Below, piece by piece: positions 25,028 to 37,320 of a stretch of DNA of 64,000 nt; position 1 is the first letter of the stretch; the number at the start of each line of letters is the position of its first letter. Source of the stretch: Octopus bimaculoides (lineage: Eukaryota); NCBI RefSeq assembly GCF_001194135.2, contig NC_068981.1, positions 87,020,346 through 87,084,345 on the forward strand, given 5' to 3'. The notes under the pieces are model-generated. The model saw only the letters and a list, made by a program, of their open reading frames with translations, made no database searches and had not been told where the DNA came from. Both the position numbers and the translations under genes were made by a program.

Positions 25028-26673
25028 AACGTCTCTGTGAAGTTAATACGTGGTGGTTTTCAATAGTTTTTGTGCTGCTTTGCAGCGGTTTGGGTGTTTG
25101 CGTGTGTAATTTGTTTGAGCTTTTCTCGTAAGAGAAGAGACAGCTGATTGAAGAATGTCTGGAGACAGTTATAGTTACTCAGACATGCCATCGTCCGAGG
25201 AGGAGTTGCTGGAGGCAGTTAAGACAATGGACCAGAAACTGATAAAAGAGAAGCGGAATTTTGCTGATGTATCAAGGTGCAAGGAAACAGGAGTGGATAT
25301 TAGGGAATTCGGAAGACACAAAGAAGAAACGAATCGAGATGGGTTTGAAGTGAAGCTGTCGCCCTCGCAAGAGGTTAAAAACGGAATAAGGGAAAAGTCG
25401 ATAATCTATCGAACCTTTTAGATAAATAAAGGAAGAATAGACGTCGTCACAACAGAACAAATAGAAAAGGCGTTAAAGCAGATGTGGAAGGACATAATAT
25501 ACCTGACTAGAGGTTCAACATTTGGAACAGTAGAAATGAGGTTTCGTAATGCAGCAGCAGCAAGGAAACATGCAGCGTCGACAATTCGGAGCGAAGAAGT
25601 GGTGCTGTTGCCCACGTATAGAGGCATGAGAGCAACAAGGATCATGGTTGAAGGAATCCCACCGGAGATTGATGTGGCCTGGGTGGCTGATACGGTCCTC
25701 TTTGGTAATGAGGACAACATAGTAGTGCTCCAAGTCAAGAAAAAAGAGTGCATCAACTGGAGAGGTCAATCACTGGAGATGGTGGTCCAATGTTCAAAAG
25801 AAACGATGGAAAAGATTACAGAAACCATAATTATGGAAGAAACAATTATGACTGTCACGGTGGAAGGAAGAGTTCCACGCTGCTTTAAATGTGGCCTGAA
25901 GGGACACATAAGAGCAGATTGTACGTCAAAACAAAGAAAAGAGCAACCAGAAAATACGGAAGAGAAGATAGAATAGTGCCGCAGAAAGAAAAGGAAGTAG
26001 CGGAAACAGGAAAAAATAAAGGGGAAAATGTAACAGGAAAAAAACGAAAAAAGGCAAGCGAGCTAAAATGTAACCCACATTCCACACCTATCTCACTCAC
26101 ACCCTCTCAGACCCACCCACTCCCTGCAAACACTAGGCCTATCCGTTCCCATCCGACACAAAAACAAAAGGCAAACACATACAAAGAAACCCAAAACCCC
26201 TCCCCCAAGTCAAAAAAGAGAAGGAGAAAGTGTAGGATTTATATGTTGCTTAGCGACGAACTGTTAAAGGATACGACGGAATGGGACATAAAGTGTATTA
26301 GAACTGCGGGGTATGATAATGTGGAGGAACATCACTTGTGTGTAATACCAAATAAGAAGCAAGAGGAAAAAATACAAGAGTATATGGTTGGATTTTATTT
26401 TTGGGAGGTGGACTGCAGCTGGAGTTCATTCCCAGAATTTACTACGTACGATGGGTGGTTGGAGGAAACAGGTATCGATGTGTTAGAAGGTTCAGGATTT
26501 TAAAAAGTAGAAAATGAGGCCGCTCGTAAGTGGGGCGAGTGGTTCCATTTCCATTCTATCATTTTCATGTCTTCATACGTTATAACATTCATTTCTATTT
26601 TTTATACATGTTTTATGTCCCACATGTTTTGTTTGTCATCTCTATGTTAGCCCGCATGGGTAATAAAGAAACA
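25028..26673 (+). mobile_element. ORF1/gag-only non-autonomous retroelement (HAL1-like; L1/Tx1-type ORF1)
   Basis: Bounded by a GGTAT duplication (25023-25027 / 26674-26678). One long gag-like frame and no RT. The 3' end TTTGTCATCTCTATGTTAGCCCGCATGGGTAATAAAGAAA resembles the SINE B type-2 tail. Confidence 0.7.
25155..26503 (+). pseudogene. Gag-like ORF1 with CCHC zinc knuckle (one stop, one frameshift)
   Basis: ORFs 25155-25421 and 25482-25976 are in one frame separated by a single TAG. CFKCGLKGHIRADC = CX2CX4HX4C. The C-terminus continues in the shifted frame 25889-26503 (basic/Pro-rich, then a globular tail). Confidence 0.8.
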
Positions 26674-27270
26674 GGTATTTCGTCTACCATTACGTTCTGA
26701 GTTCAAATTCCGCCAAGGTCGACTTTGCTTTTCATCCTTTCAGGGTCGATAAATTAAGTACCAATTACGCACTGGGGTCGATGTAATCGACTTAATCCCT
26801 TTGTCTGTCCTTGTTTGCCCCCTCTATGTTTATCCCCTTGTGGGGAAATAAAGAACTAAGAATCGTTAGCACGCTGGTGATATGTTTAGCGGTATTTCGT
26901 CTGTCTTTATGTTCTCAGTCGACTTTGCCTTTCATCCTTTCGTAGTCGATAAATCAAGTACCAGTTGAGTACTGTGGTCGATGTGATCGACTGTTCCCCT
27001 CCCCACAAAATCCAGGCCTTGTGCCTATAGTAAAAGGGAGTATTATTTTTATCATTAAGACAGCGAGCTGGCAGAACCGTTGGCGCGCTAGACGAAATGA
27101 TTATCGGTGTTTCGCCCATCGCTACGTTTTGAGTTGAAATTCCGCCGAGGTCGACTTTCACTTTCATTCTTTCGGGTTGATAAATTAAGTACCAGTTGCG
27201 TACTAGGGTCGATGTAATCGTCTGGGTCCCACCCCAAGACTTCAGGCCTTGTACCTATAGTAGAAAAGTT
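26674..27270 (+). mobile_element. Three head-to-tail family B SINE units
   Basis: Units at ~26674-26855 (type-2 tail), ~26858-27050 and ~27055-27270 (type-1 tail CAGGCCTTGT(G/A)CCTATAGTA), each with GTCGACTTT..TTTCATCCTTT/CATTCTTT..GTCGATAAA/GTTGATAAA. Confidence 0.9.
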
Positions 27271-27559
27271 TATTATTATTGTTGTTGTTCTTGTTCTTGT
27301 TGTTCTTGTTATTCTGAAAGACTCTTTGATAGTTCTTAATTACCGGTTATTCTTTACTTGAAACCAGGCAATAACAAATCACCAAAGGTTTCAAGTAGTG
27401 CATTCTCCTGTGACTCAAATAGACCATAATCTCCTTAGATTGCGAGCTGTACCCAACAATGTTGCCTTCTGGATCATCTCATTTCGTCTTTAATCCTCTT
27501 GACATACCAAGCCAGGCTATTCTCCTTTTTCCTTACACAACTATTAGTACACAATTCTT

Positions 27560-27960
<401 letters not shown>

Positions 27961-28175
27961 TAAGGTGGTGAGCTGGCAAAATCGTTAGCACGCCGGGCGA
28001 TATAATTAGAGGCATTTCGTCCCTAGCTACGTTCTGAGTTCAAATTCCGCCGAGGTCGACTTTGCCGTTCATCCTTTCGAGGTTGATTCAATAAGTACCA
28101 GTTACGCACTGGGGTCGAAGTAATCGACTTACCCCCTACTCGCAAATTTCAGGCCTTGTGCCTATAATAGAAGGT
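27961..28175 (+). mobile_element. SINE family B, full-length, embedded in (TTA)n
   Basis: GGTGGTGAGCTGGCAAAATCGTTAGC...GAGTTCAAATTCCGCCGAGGTCGAC...; TTA runs on both sides. Confidence 0.9.
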
Positions 28176-28199
28176 AATATTATTATTATTATTATTATT

Positions 28200-28232
<33 letters not shown>

Positions 28233-28989
28233 ATTATTCTATTCATGACCATCTGTGTGCAGGAAATCTGGGACCACATTACCCAATGTGTCTCATTATT
28301 AGAAGGAACAATGGAGTTCTGAAGGAGAATTGGTTGCTATCTTTTGCATGTCAAGTGACTATGTAGAGGCTCTCTCGTTGCTTTGTAACTCAAACAGGGT
28401 TACAGCTTGGCGAACGGTCATAAATATTAAACCTCATATTTTGTTTATTACGATGTCTATGACTTGTCATTAAAATACTACTAAAATATAAATATAAACA
28501 TATATAATTACATTTTGATGTCATTCGTTAATAATACTGCTCTACTAACTCATACAATCGGCTTTTTTCTTTTTCTGTTTTTTTTTTTACAATTTATTTT
28601 TACAGTTGTCAGTAGCATAGAGAAGAAGCATGTTTATAAGGGAGCGTAGTCTGCCATTAGATTTGCCAAATAATAGCAGCTAACTCAGTGTCATAATTGT
28701 GAGTTGTAACACTGAAATACTCGTTTTCATTTACTTTTATATAGCTTTCTGGCTCAGACCTATAGTAGTATATGAACTCAGTACTGCATAGCAATGAAAC
28801 GCTCGTAAAATATACAGTGCTATTTATTGACGACACTAAATCTTATCTACTCGTGGTAATTGTACACAACTATAGCAGGGAATGAGCTAGTTGATATTTC
28901 AGTTTTTTTTACTTTTAAAAACAACTCTTTCGTTTGGCACAAGTGTGACCGTCTTCCTTTCGCTGTTCACTTGTATAGATGTCTTGCAA

Positions 28990-29301
28990 ACAACTGGCAC
29001 ATGCAAGTGCTACCAGTCGAGAACTCCGCATACCGAAAGCCAGCAAGTGTATGGGGTCATCAGGAGAGAATGCGCGCCGTTTCGGGGCCTACCTCTCGAC
29101 GGCATCAATGCGCACCGGCCCCCCCTCACTGATATGAGGCCCCGCTTGCTAGATCAACTGGTTATTAGAAACAAAGCTCAATATTTCTCTAGCCATCGCT
29201 CATCGTCTCTTTTTAACCAAATCCAGTGGCTAGCCTTCTCCACTGTATTTTGGATATCGGTCATGGTGGTTTTTACCTTACGATGAGTTAGGCCTAACGA
29301 T
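28990..29301 (-). mobile_element. HERO-like RLE non-LTR retrotransposon, 3' end
   Basis: C-terminus SLGLTHRKVKTTMTDIQNTVEKASHWIWLKRDDERWLEKY* (stop at 29178) has the E..S.W(L/I)WL(K/R)R...W ending I associate with HERO. A GC-rich 3' UTR follows; the 5' part is lost in the gap. Confidence 0.6.
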
Positions 29302-29846
29302 NNNNNNNNNNNNNNNNNNNNNNNNNNNNNNNNNNNNNNNNNNNNNNNNNNNNNNNNNNNNNNNNNNNNNNNNNNNNNNNNNNNNNNNNNNNNNNNNNNN
29401 NNNNNNNNNNNNNNNNNNNNNNNNNNNNNNNNNNNNNNNNNNNNNNNNNNNNNNNNNNNNNNNNNNNNNNNNNNNNNNNNNNNNNNNNNNNNNNNNNNNN
29501 NNNNNNNNNNNNNNNNNNNNNNNNNNNNNNNNNNNNNNNNNNNNNNNNNNNNNNNNNNNNNNNNNNNNNNNNNNNNNNNNNNNNNNGGAAAACGGCTGAA
29601 CGGATTTCCACCACATTTTTCAGAAATACTCATTTGATGAGTTGTTCGAAATGATGAACATTTGACTTGATTATCTTTCAAAAAAAGAAAAAAGATTTTT
29701 TAATCGAATTTACAAATTTCCCGATAAGCAAGTGGTATATTATTTTGTTCCCTTTCTTTTTTATAAGGATCGCCCCGCGTCTACGTCTGTATAGATTATG
29801 GTGTACCTATACGAAACAGACACGCGTGCGTACGTACATACATACA

Positions 29847-29877
<31 letters not shown>

Positions 29878-29880
29878 GCG

Positions 29881-29923
<43 letters not shown>

Positions 29924-31949
29924 GGAGTATAAATACCTATAATGGTGATATTAAAAAAAAATTCATTTCAGTTAAAAACCATGAGTAAGCAACGCGTTGT
30001 AAGCCACACTATAATTTGCGAAAACATTTATCTGCGTTGCAAGGTATGCATCTCCCCTTCGTTGCCTTTTCTTTTTCCTTTCATTCTTTCATAAGTCAAT
30101 GTTGTAGACTAGGTGTTTCTGATGAGTTAAATCTGTAATCTATTTGGAAATACCTTTACTCTACTCACGTTACAAATGATCTTGTTGCAATAATCGCACC
30201 CATTCCTCGTAAAGATCTCTGGTTTCATTCTTTTCATATTAAAATATATTTTCTTTCGAACCGAATGACTTAATGAGAAAACGTAATCAGTATTACTATT
30301 AGAAATGTTACGTCACTGAAGAGTGGGGCGCTAGGTTTGTTTATGCCATAACGACAAACTACTTGCCATCATTGCCTTCCTTTAATATAAGGTAGATCAG
30401 TTTTTCTTGTGGCAGAATGGGAAGAAATATTTAAAACGAAAGGCGTTAACCGTCTTAACTGACTAAATGAAAATAGCAAAAGAAAAAAAAATCATTGTTA
30501 ATAAGTAATGATTATAGCGTTCTATTTTCGAATTATTGAGTTTTGCCAGTTCTGATTTGGATAGTGTTTGATTATTAATAATGAATTTCACGAGTATTCT
30601 GAAGTTCGTAAAATGTTCCGGATTTACAGTTCTTTCAAGGGAAGGATAATTCGATAGTGCACCGGCAGAATAATATGTATTGAGTCATTCGATCACTGCC
30701 TAAATTACGACAATTCGTCACACAGCCACGTAATACTCAACGAGTCAAACCTCCCGGATCCTAAAATGCTTCAAGTCAGATAACAGTTTGGATCTTCACT
30801 GGTTTTCCACCAACTATCCTTGACAGCTAAGAAAGCGAGTGAAATAATTCTTACTAGCGGGACCCATGAATATTTCACGGAATTAACGGTAAACTTATTG
30901 GTTTATTTCTGAAAAATTTATCCAAAAACCTGAAAGTGTAGCCTGTGTTGTATCTGTATGGAAAGATAGTCTCTCATCTACTACTCATTGAAAAATGAAA
31001 GAAATTGGAATACGATGATTGCTGAATGCACTTTATATATACACTTTATATACTTTATGCACAATTTTATAGAATTAATACACAGCACTCATAAAATAAA
31101 TACTCTTATTTTTCCATTTTTCTATTAACAAAAAATAATCCCGTACATATGTAAGAACCTTTAGTAAAATTGCATATATCTGTCACGTAAATAAGAGTGA
31201 ATATTTCACGGAATTGTAATTATGTGCCTGCAATTAAGTGATAGGAGGTATAAAAAAAAACTTAGTTCAATTTTAAAAAATACACTTTTCACAATCCAAT
31301 CACCACCGCAGCCATCACCACTACCACCACCACCACCTCTACCATCATTATCTCTCACCACTCTCTCTCCCTCCTCTCTCCCCCTCTCTCTCCCTCTCTC
31401 TCCCCCTCTCTCTCTCCCTCCTCTCTCTCCCTCTTCTGTCTCTCCAATCTCTCTCTGCCTTTCTTTAACCTCACCATGAGAACATCACTCCTTTGCTAAA
31501 ATTATATTTTTAACTCTCCTCCTCTATATCATCACTACCTTCAGCTAACGTCTTTTTTAACCATTTAATAAATAATACATTCCCTCACCTCACATCATGA
31601 ACGCTTATCTCTCCCTTTTTTCTCTTTCTGTCTTTCTCTCTCTCCCTCTTTTTCTTTCTCCCTCTTTCTGTCTCACTCTTCACCTTATCCTCTTTTTCTC
31701 TCACCATTTTTCTTTCTCCTCTCTCTCCCTTACAACCATCACGTGAAAACGTTACAATTACATTCCCTCTACCTCACGCCATGGACGCTTCTCTCTCCCT
31801 CTTTTCTTTAATCAGTGAAAGCGTTACTGACGGGCTAAGTAACGGAATGACAAGCAGAATTATTATAAGATCTTTCTATAAATACTACAGTGTCACCCAT
31901 CCACAAGAAAAGCAATCATTTTGATTCTTCCTAACTGTCGACCTATTGA

Positions 31950-32900
31950 TGTCTGATGCAGCATTTCATAGGCAATGCAAACAGCAGTTTTCAGGCACCG
32001 TTTGTAATACCTTGATTCTCCTCTCTCCTCACTGTATCCAGTACGGTATAAACTAACTACCCAATCAGACAGTCATCTCTTGAATGACTTCTCGTAAAAT
32101 TAGTGTAGATGGTGTCCTTTTTGACGCAGATCCCATCAAATTGCATCAAATCCAAACGATTGGTTGCTGTACCTAATCACTTCCTCTTGTACATTAACAA
32201 CGTACTTTTTGTCATCTATACCAATGCTCAGTTCTCTATTATGCAGATGTTGTCACTCTTTACTCGACTTTAACCGTCCACGCAATGGCGTCATCTACTT
32301 GAAACCTTGACACTTGACATCAACCTAAACTGTTTCCATCAGCAGAGACGTCAAAAACGTTTTCAAACAAACATTAAAATTTCCTCCTTCAACAATGCAC
32401 GACGCAAAGACACTTTCCTTACACACATCAAGGAAATAATCGTATTTCTATTCATAAACTACATGCAGTTCGAACATGTCAGCTCGGAACAACTGCCGAA
32501 TCTTAACAGTTGTGATCAACCATAATGTGCAACTCCCATATCTAAGACTTTTTATCCAGATGAAAGCGATCCATCTACTGAATAATGATCCTATTACCAA
32601 CATTTTCAATCCCACAGATGCAGCGTTTTCATTACTGTGTCTCATACCCACCTACGCGACAAAGATTTCTGCTCATCAGAGCCAGTTGGTTGCATACCAA
32701 TACTAACCGCTTCCAGCCAAGCCTTCTGATGCAGCCACTCCTCACTTTCCCTCAACCTCTTTCTAGTACCAATTCTTTGTCTTCCCTTTCAACCACAATA
32801 CTAAACACATATCAACTCTCTGGAACCCTCTACTCGCTCACTTTTTTCCAACAGTCGCTGAGTCATTGCTGTTTAATCTGACCACTGTCGTAAGGTTTTT
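31950..32900 (+). mobile_element. Highly decayed CR1/L2-like LINE RT region
   Basis: KISVDGV, HFLLYINNV, YYADVVTL are collinear with RT motifs (V.VDG / PTLFLLYINDL / YADD). Confidence 0.5.
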
Positions 32901-33526
32901 AAGGGTTACAGGAAAATTTCTTCCTCCTAACAAAGACCAGTGAAAAAGAAAACTTTGCAGTGAAATAGAAAACTATTTAGTTGTATCTAAAGCACAAAGA
33001 GGTAGCGAATAACCACATTGTTCCATATCTTTCCTCCAATTATTGAATATGGTGAAGTCTTCTGTTGGCACCAGCATCTCATTGAGACATGTTGATATTT
33101 GTTATATGATTCTATAAGAATGTTAATGGTTTACTTGTCTCATTTGCTGTGTACTTGTATGAGTTCCTGCCGACTGGTCTTCAGTTGGAAAATTAGATGG
33201 GAAAGCAACAAATGGATATATAATTAGAGTAGAAGTTTACAACAAAGGAATCCGTAGAGATGAAATATTGAAGAATGGTAGTGTTGACATTATTCATAAA
33301 TCTTATTGGAACGAATTGTAAGTACTTTCATATGTTGTTTTCATGTGCTTAAAGGTGAAGCTGCTTAAACATGAACAATTCAGAATAGACCATAATTCAG
33401 TTAAGTTTATAATAGATGCGACTGTGAAAAATTTCTCATTTGCATAGAAACCATATTTCGTTAATATACGAAACGAGCTTTGGTAAATATTGTCTACTTT
33501 CTATTAAAGATACATGTGTCTTCAAT

Positions 33527-33746
33527 TTCTTTATTGCCCACAAGGAGCTAAACATAGAGGGGACAAACAAAGGGGTTAAATCGATTACATCGACCCCAGT
33601 GCGTAACTAGTACTTAATTTATCGACCCCGAAAGGATGAAAGGCAAAGTCGACCTCGGTGGAATTTGAACTCAGAACGTAACGGCAGACGAAATACCGCT
33701 AAGCATTTCACCCGGCACGCTAACGTTTCTGCCAGCTCACCGCCTT
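33527..33746 (-). mobile_element. SINE family B with type-2 tail
   Basis: Near-consensus head and body; tail GTTTGTCCCCTCTATGTTTAGCTCCTTGTGGGCAATAAAGAAA. Confidence 0.9.
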
Positions 33747-34279
33747 TGTTTCTTCGTTTCTCGCCTGAAATTTCTATGCTTACCATCTCCTGACTAACAT
33801 CCAAGCTAAAAGAAGAACGCACTGTTCGTCGAAAGAAAACAAAAACCTGGTGATATTTCTTACCAGCTCTCGAAGAAAGGGGAAAATAATTTCATGAAAT
33901 TAAGAGTTAATTCCATAAAACAATTTAACCTTCATGTTCGGTGTATGTGAACAGGGAATATGATAGCTGAGTATATGTTTTGGTTGTATTAGATCTAATC
34001 AGTTGATGAGGCCTAATAAGGTTAAAATATGTCCGTAGCTGCCTCCTTGCCTACAGACAAAAATCAGATTTTATTCCCTAGCACAAAAATTCAATTTTTT
34101 TGGAAGTCACCGATAATTATAAGTGGGATTTTGTTTCTTCCTACTAAAAAGTTATTTAGAATTCTTTGCATGTGTCAGTCAGTACATTATCATCTGCTTG
34201 AATTATCTAAATTCATGTCATCGGCCATTTGAGTTGTTTTCTTAACACATTCTTTGTAAGTGTAAAGTTTATCATTCAT

Positions 34280-34525
34280 GTAGCAGATCTCCGAGAAGCA
34301 GCAACAGAGCCATTATGTGATCTGCTCATCAGCTGGAATATAGCAGCTAAATTTCCCACAGGCTAAATCTCACTTAACATCTTAAATAAGGAAACGCACA
34401 TCGTATAATGCAGTCCTGGTTACATAGTTTGAAAACTAGATGTCATGATCAAAACAGATGAACAGACATCTTGATCGTAGGTCTGCTTGATCAGAGCCAA
34501 CCTTAGGCTAAGCAACAGCAAGAAA
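34280..34525 (+). repeat. Dispersed repeat family C (SINE-like)
   Basis: The motif ..GCTGGAATATAGCAGCTAAAT..CATCTTAAA..ATAATGCAGTCC recurs in decayed form at ~18340-18530 (-), ~22130-22310 (+) and ~28240-28400 (-). Confidence 0.45.
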
Positions 34526-34984
34526 GATTAAGAGTTACTCAATCGAAAAGGTTAATCGTTTTACTTTCTTCCCCTCTCATCCGTAAATTTACTAGTTAAA
34601 CACAATTAATTTCACTTCTTCTATTCGAAAGAATCTTATTCAAAGAATTTAAGACTACAATCATCTTACCCAGATTTCTTATTCTCCTCACACAAATTTA
34701 GTACATAAACCGAAATCTCTATAATTTTAATGCTTCTATGAATCAGTCATTTCCTCCGTGTAAATCTTTACCAGAGCCTTCGGCTCAATCATTACACACT
34801 ACAATCCTCCTTTATTTGACCTGTTGTATCAATCTCCCTGTTTATCGTTTCTTACCACACATTGTCTTTTATCCCTAACTTCACAGTAGGGAAGAAGCCC
34901 TTTATCTCACATGCGCTCCCATATTATAATCCCTGCTTTCTTTTGCATTCCAATATAAATTCCATATTTTTTAAGCTCAGTACT

Positions 34985-35800
34985 AACTACCAAGTTGAGT
35001 CAAACATTTTTTCGTATTTCAATCTTTAATTATTCAAACGAATTGCATACAAAATGTATTTATTCTTCAAAATATATCGCATCATATTCTATTGTCTGTT
35101 GTCCACGTTGTGCCAGAAACTCACCTCCATGCTCATACCATTTGACTGGTTTAGAAGTGAAATCTCCCTGCAACCGTTTTCAATCTCATGCTCGTTATCT
35201 AACGTCTGTACGCGCAGGAAATGATCCGTAGTTCATAATCTGATGGTGCATGGTCTGGACTGTAGCCAAGGTGAGGCAGTACTTCCAGCCTCTCATGTTC
35301 CTCGAGTTTATTCCTAGTTACACTGCCAGCGTGTGCTGAAGCATTGCTAAGTTGTAGGAATGCGCGTCTTCGATTGACCAATTCTGGATAGCGGGCTTTC
35401 AAAGCAGCATATACTCGCTGTAGTTATTGAGTATAAAGGCATGACCATCTGAGACAAGCTCAAAGTGCACCATCCTCTCGAAATTCTACCAAACACATAA
35501 CGTGACCTGTTCAAGCCACCCTTATTTGACAATAGGCTCTGAAGCCTAACCGGAACAAAGCAACTGATTTCTCTTAGCATTCCAAAAATAAATCCATTTT
35601 TCATCCCCAGTTACAACTGGACGTTAAAAATGGGTGTCTCGGGAGATTTGCCAGCAGTTGTTTGCATAAGCCTAGTCATTGGTCAATTCAGGGGGAGCTT
35701 CTCAACAGCGTCCTTTCACAAAGTCGAGCTTATCGAAGTGACGATTGATGGTGCTTTGTGAAGGATCAAGTTCTGCGACAATGTACAAGTGCTTGTGTTT
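34985..35800 (-). mobile_element. Decayed mariner transposon
   Basis: VVTGDEKWIYF (~35585-35620) and LKARYPELVNRRR...LPHLGYSPDHAPSDY (35199-35402). Confidence 0.8.
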
Positions 35801-36949
35801 GTCTGTTGTTCAACCATTTCAAGTAAGGTCTCATAATAATTATTTCTAGTTTTTAGATACAAGTCCAGCAGCTCGGATTGGAGGAGTTATTCATATTTGA
35901 CTTGTATTTTTGTTTATCAATACCAGAAGGATGAAAAGGAAAGATGATCTCTGTACGATTTGAACTCAACACATTAAACGCCGGAAAGCATATTGCAAGG
36001 TATATTCTCCGGCTACAAGCCACCTCGTCCCCTATTTCACTTTTATAATTATTTGTAGTCTTGAATCTGGACCAGAACATAAAGTACTGGAATAAATTTC
36101 GCAAGGCACTCTAACAATTCTGTCAATTCATAGTCCCGGTAAGCTACTATATTTATCGATCCTGACAGGATGAAAGACAAAGTTGATACACAGAGCGCCG
36201 AAGTAAGTGCTGTAAGAACTCTATTTGGTAAGCAAATGAATCTGTCAACTCACCGCCTTTAAAAAAGATTTGCCTTATTAAATTTACGTCGTTAAATACC
36301 TAAAAATTCTTTATAATACATACAGCCATCAAAACATAATCATTAAAATACATAACGGTTGAAAGCATAGTCACTGAAAACGAATTGTTCGAAAGACAAA
36401 TTGATCGGACGCATTAGTCGAAAACAAATTGAAGGAAAGACATATTCGTTGTAAAATATATAAAAAAAAAAAAAACAGTATAAATATTTTGTAAAGAACT
36501 TATTACAATTTCAAAATGACGACAGTAATTTATAAAACGAAATATATTTTTCAATTTATTTTCAAGCTCTCTGGGGTTTGATTCAAAAGAAAATAAGTGT
36601 TTTCAAGGACGAGAACTCACTTATATACAAGATTGCATGTAACCAGTGCTTTATTATTATTATTATGCAATCGGTTTACCCCCATTCCCAAAATGAATGC
36701 AAATTTGATGTTGAGAGCGTTCATGATAACGGTTAACAAGCGAATGCAATTATTAAAACAGCTAGTGTATATATAACCTCCTAGAACGATATTTTGGCAG
36801 CTCTTAATCTTATAATGAGACAAAATTATAATTGTATTTGATTATAATCTTGATGCACAACATCGTATTTATTGAGTTAACATTTCATTACAAATAAATT
36901 TAATGTAAAGATATGAAGCAGGCGCAAGCTTGGCTGTATGCTTAAGAAG

Positions 36950-37320
36950 GTGCAGGCACGGCTGTGTGATTAAGGAGTTCTCTTCACAACTACGTGGTTT
37001 CGAGTTCAATTCCAGCGCACGACACTTTCAGCAAGTTAGTTCTTCTATAACTTCCAGTCGACCAATGCTTTGCGAGTGAATTCGATAGACAAAGCCTGTC
37101 GTATACATATTTTTTTGTGTACGTATTTTGTTTGTTCCTCCAGTGCTTGGCAACCAGAATTGATTTGTTTACGTCCCTGTAATTTAACGGTTCAGTAAAG
37201 AATAAAATAGAATATGTACAAGACTTTAAAAGCTCTAGGGTCGATTTGTTCAACTAAACTCTTCAATGCAGTGCCCCAACATGGCCGCAGTCCAATGACT
37301 GAAACAAATAAAACAATAAA
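36950..37320 (+). mobile_element. SINE family A, full-length
   Basis: GGCACGGCTGTGTGATTAAG (A box), GAGTTCAATTCC (B box), 3' CATGGCCGCAGTCCAATGACTGAAACAA and A-rich tail. Confidence 0.8.
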
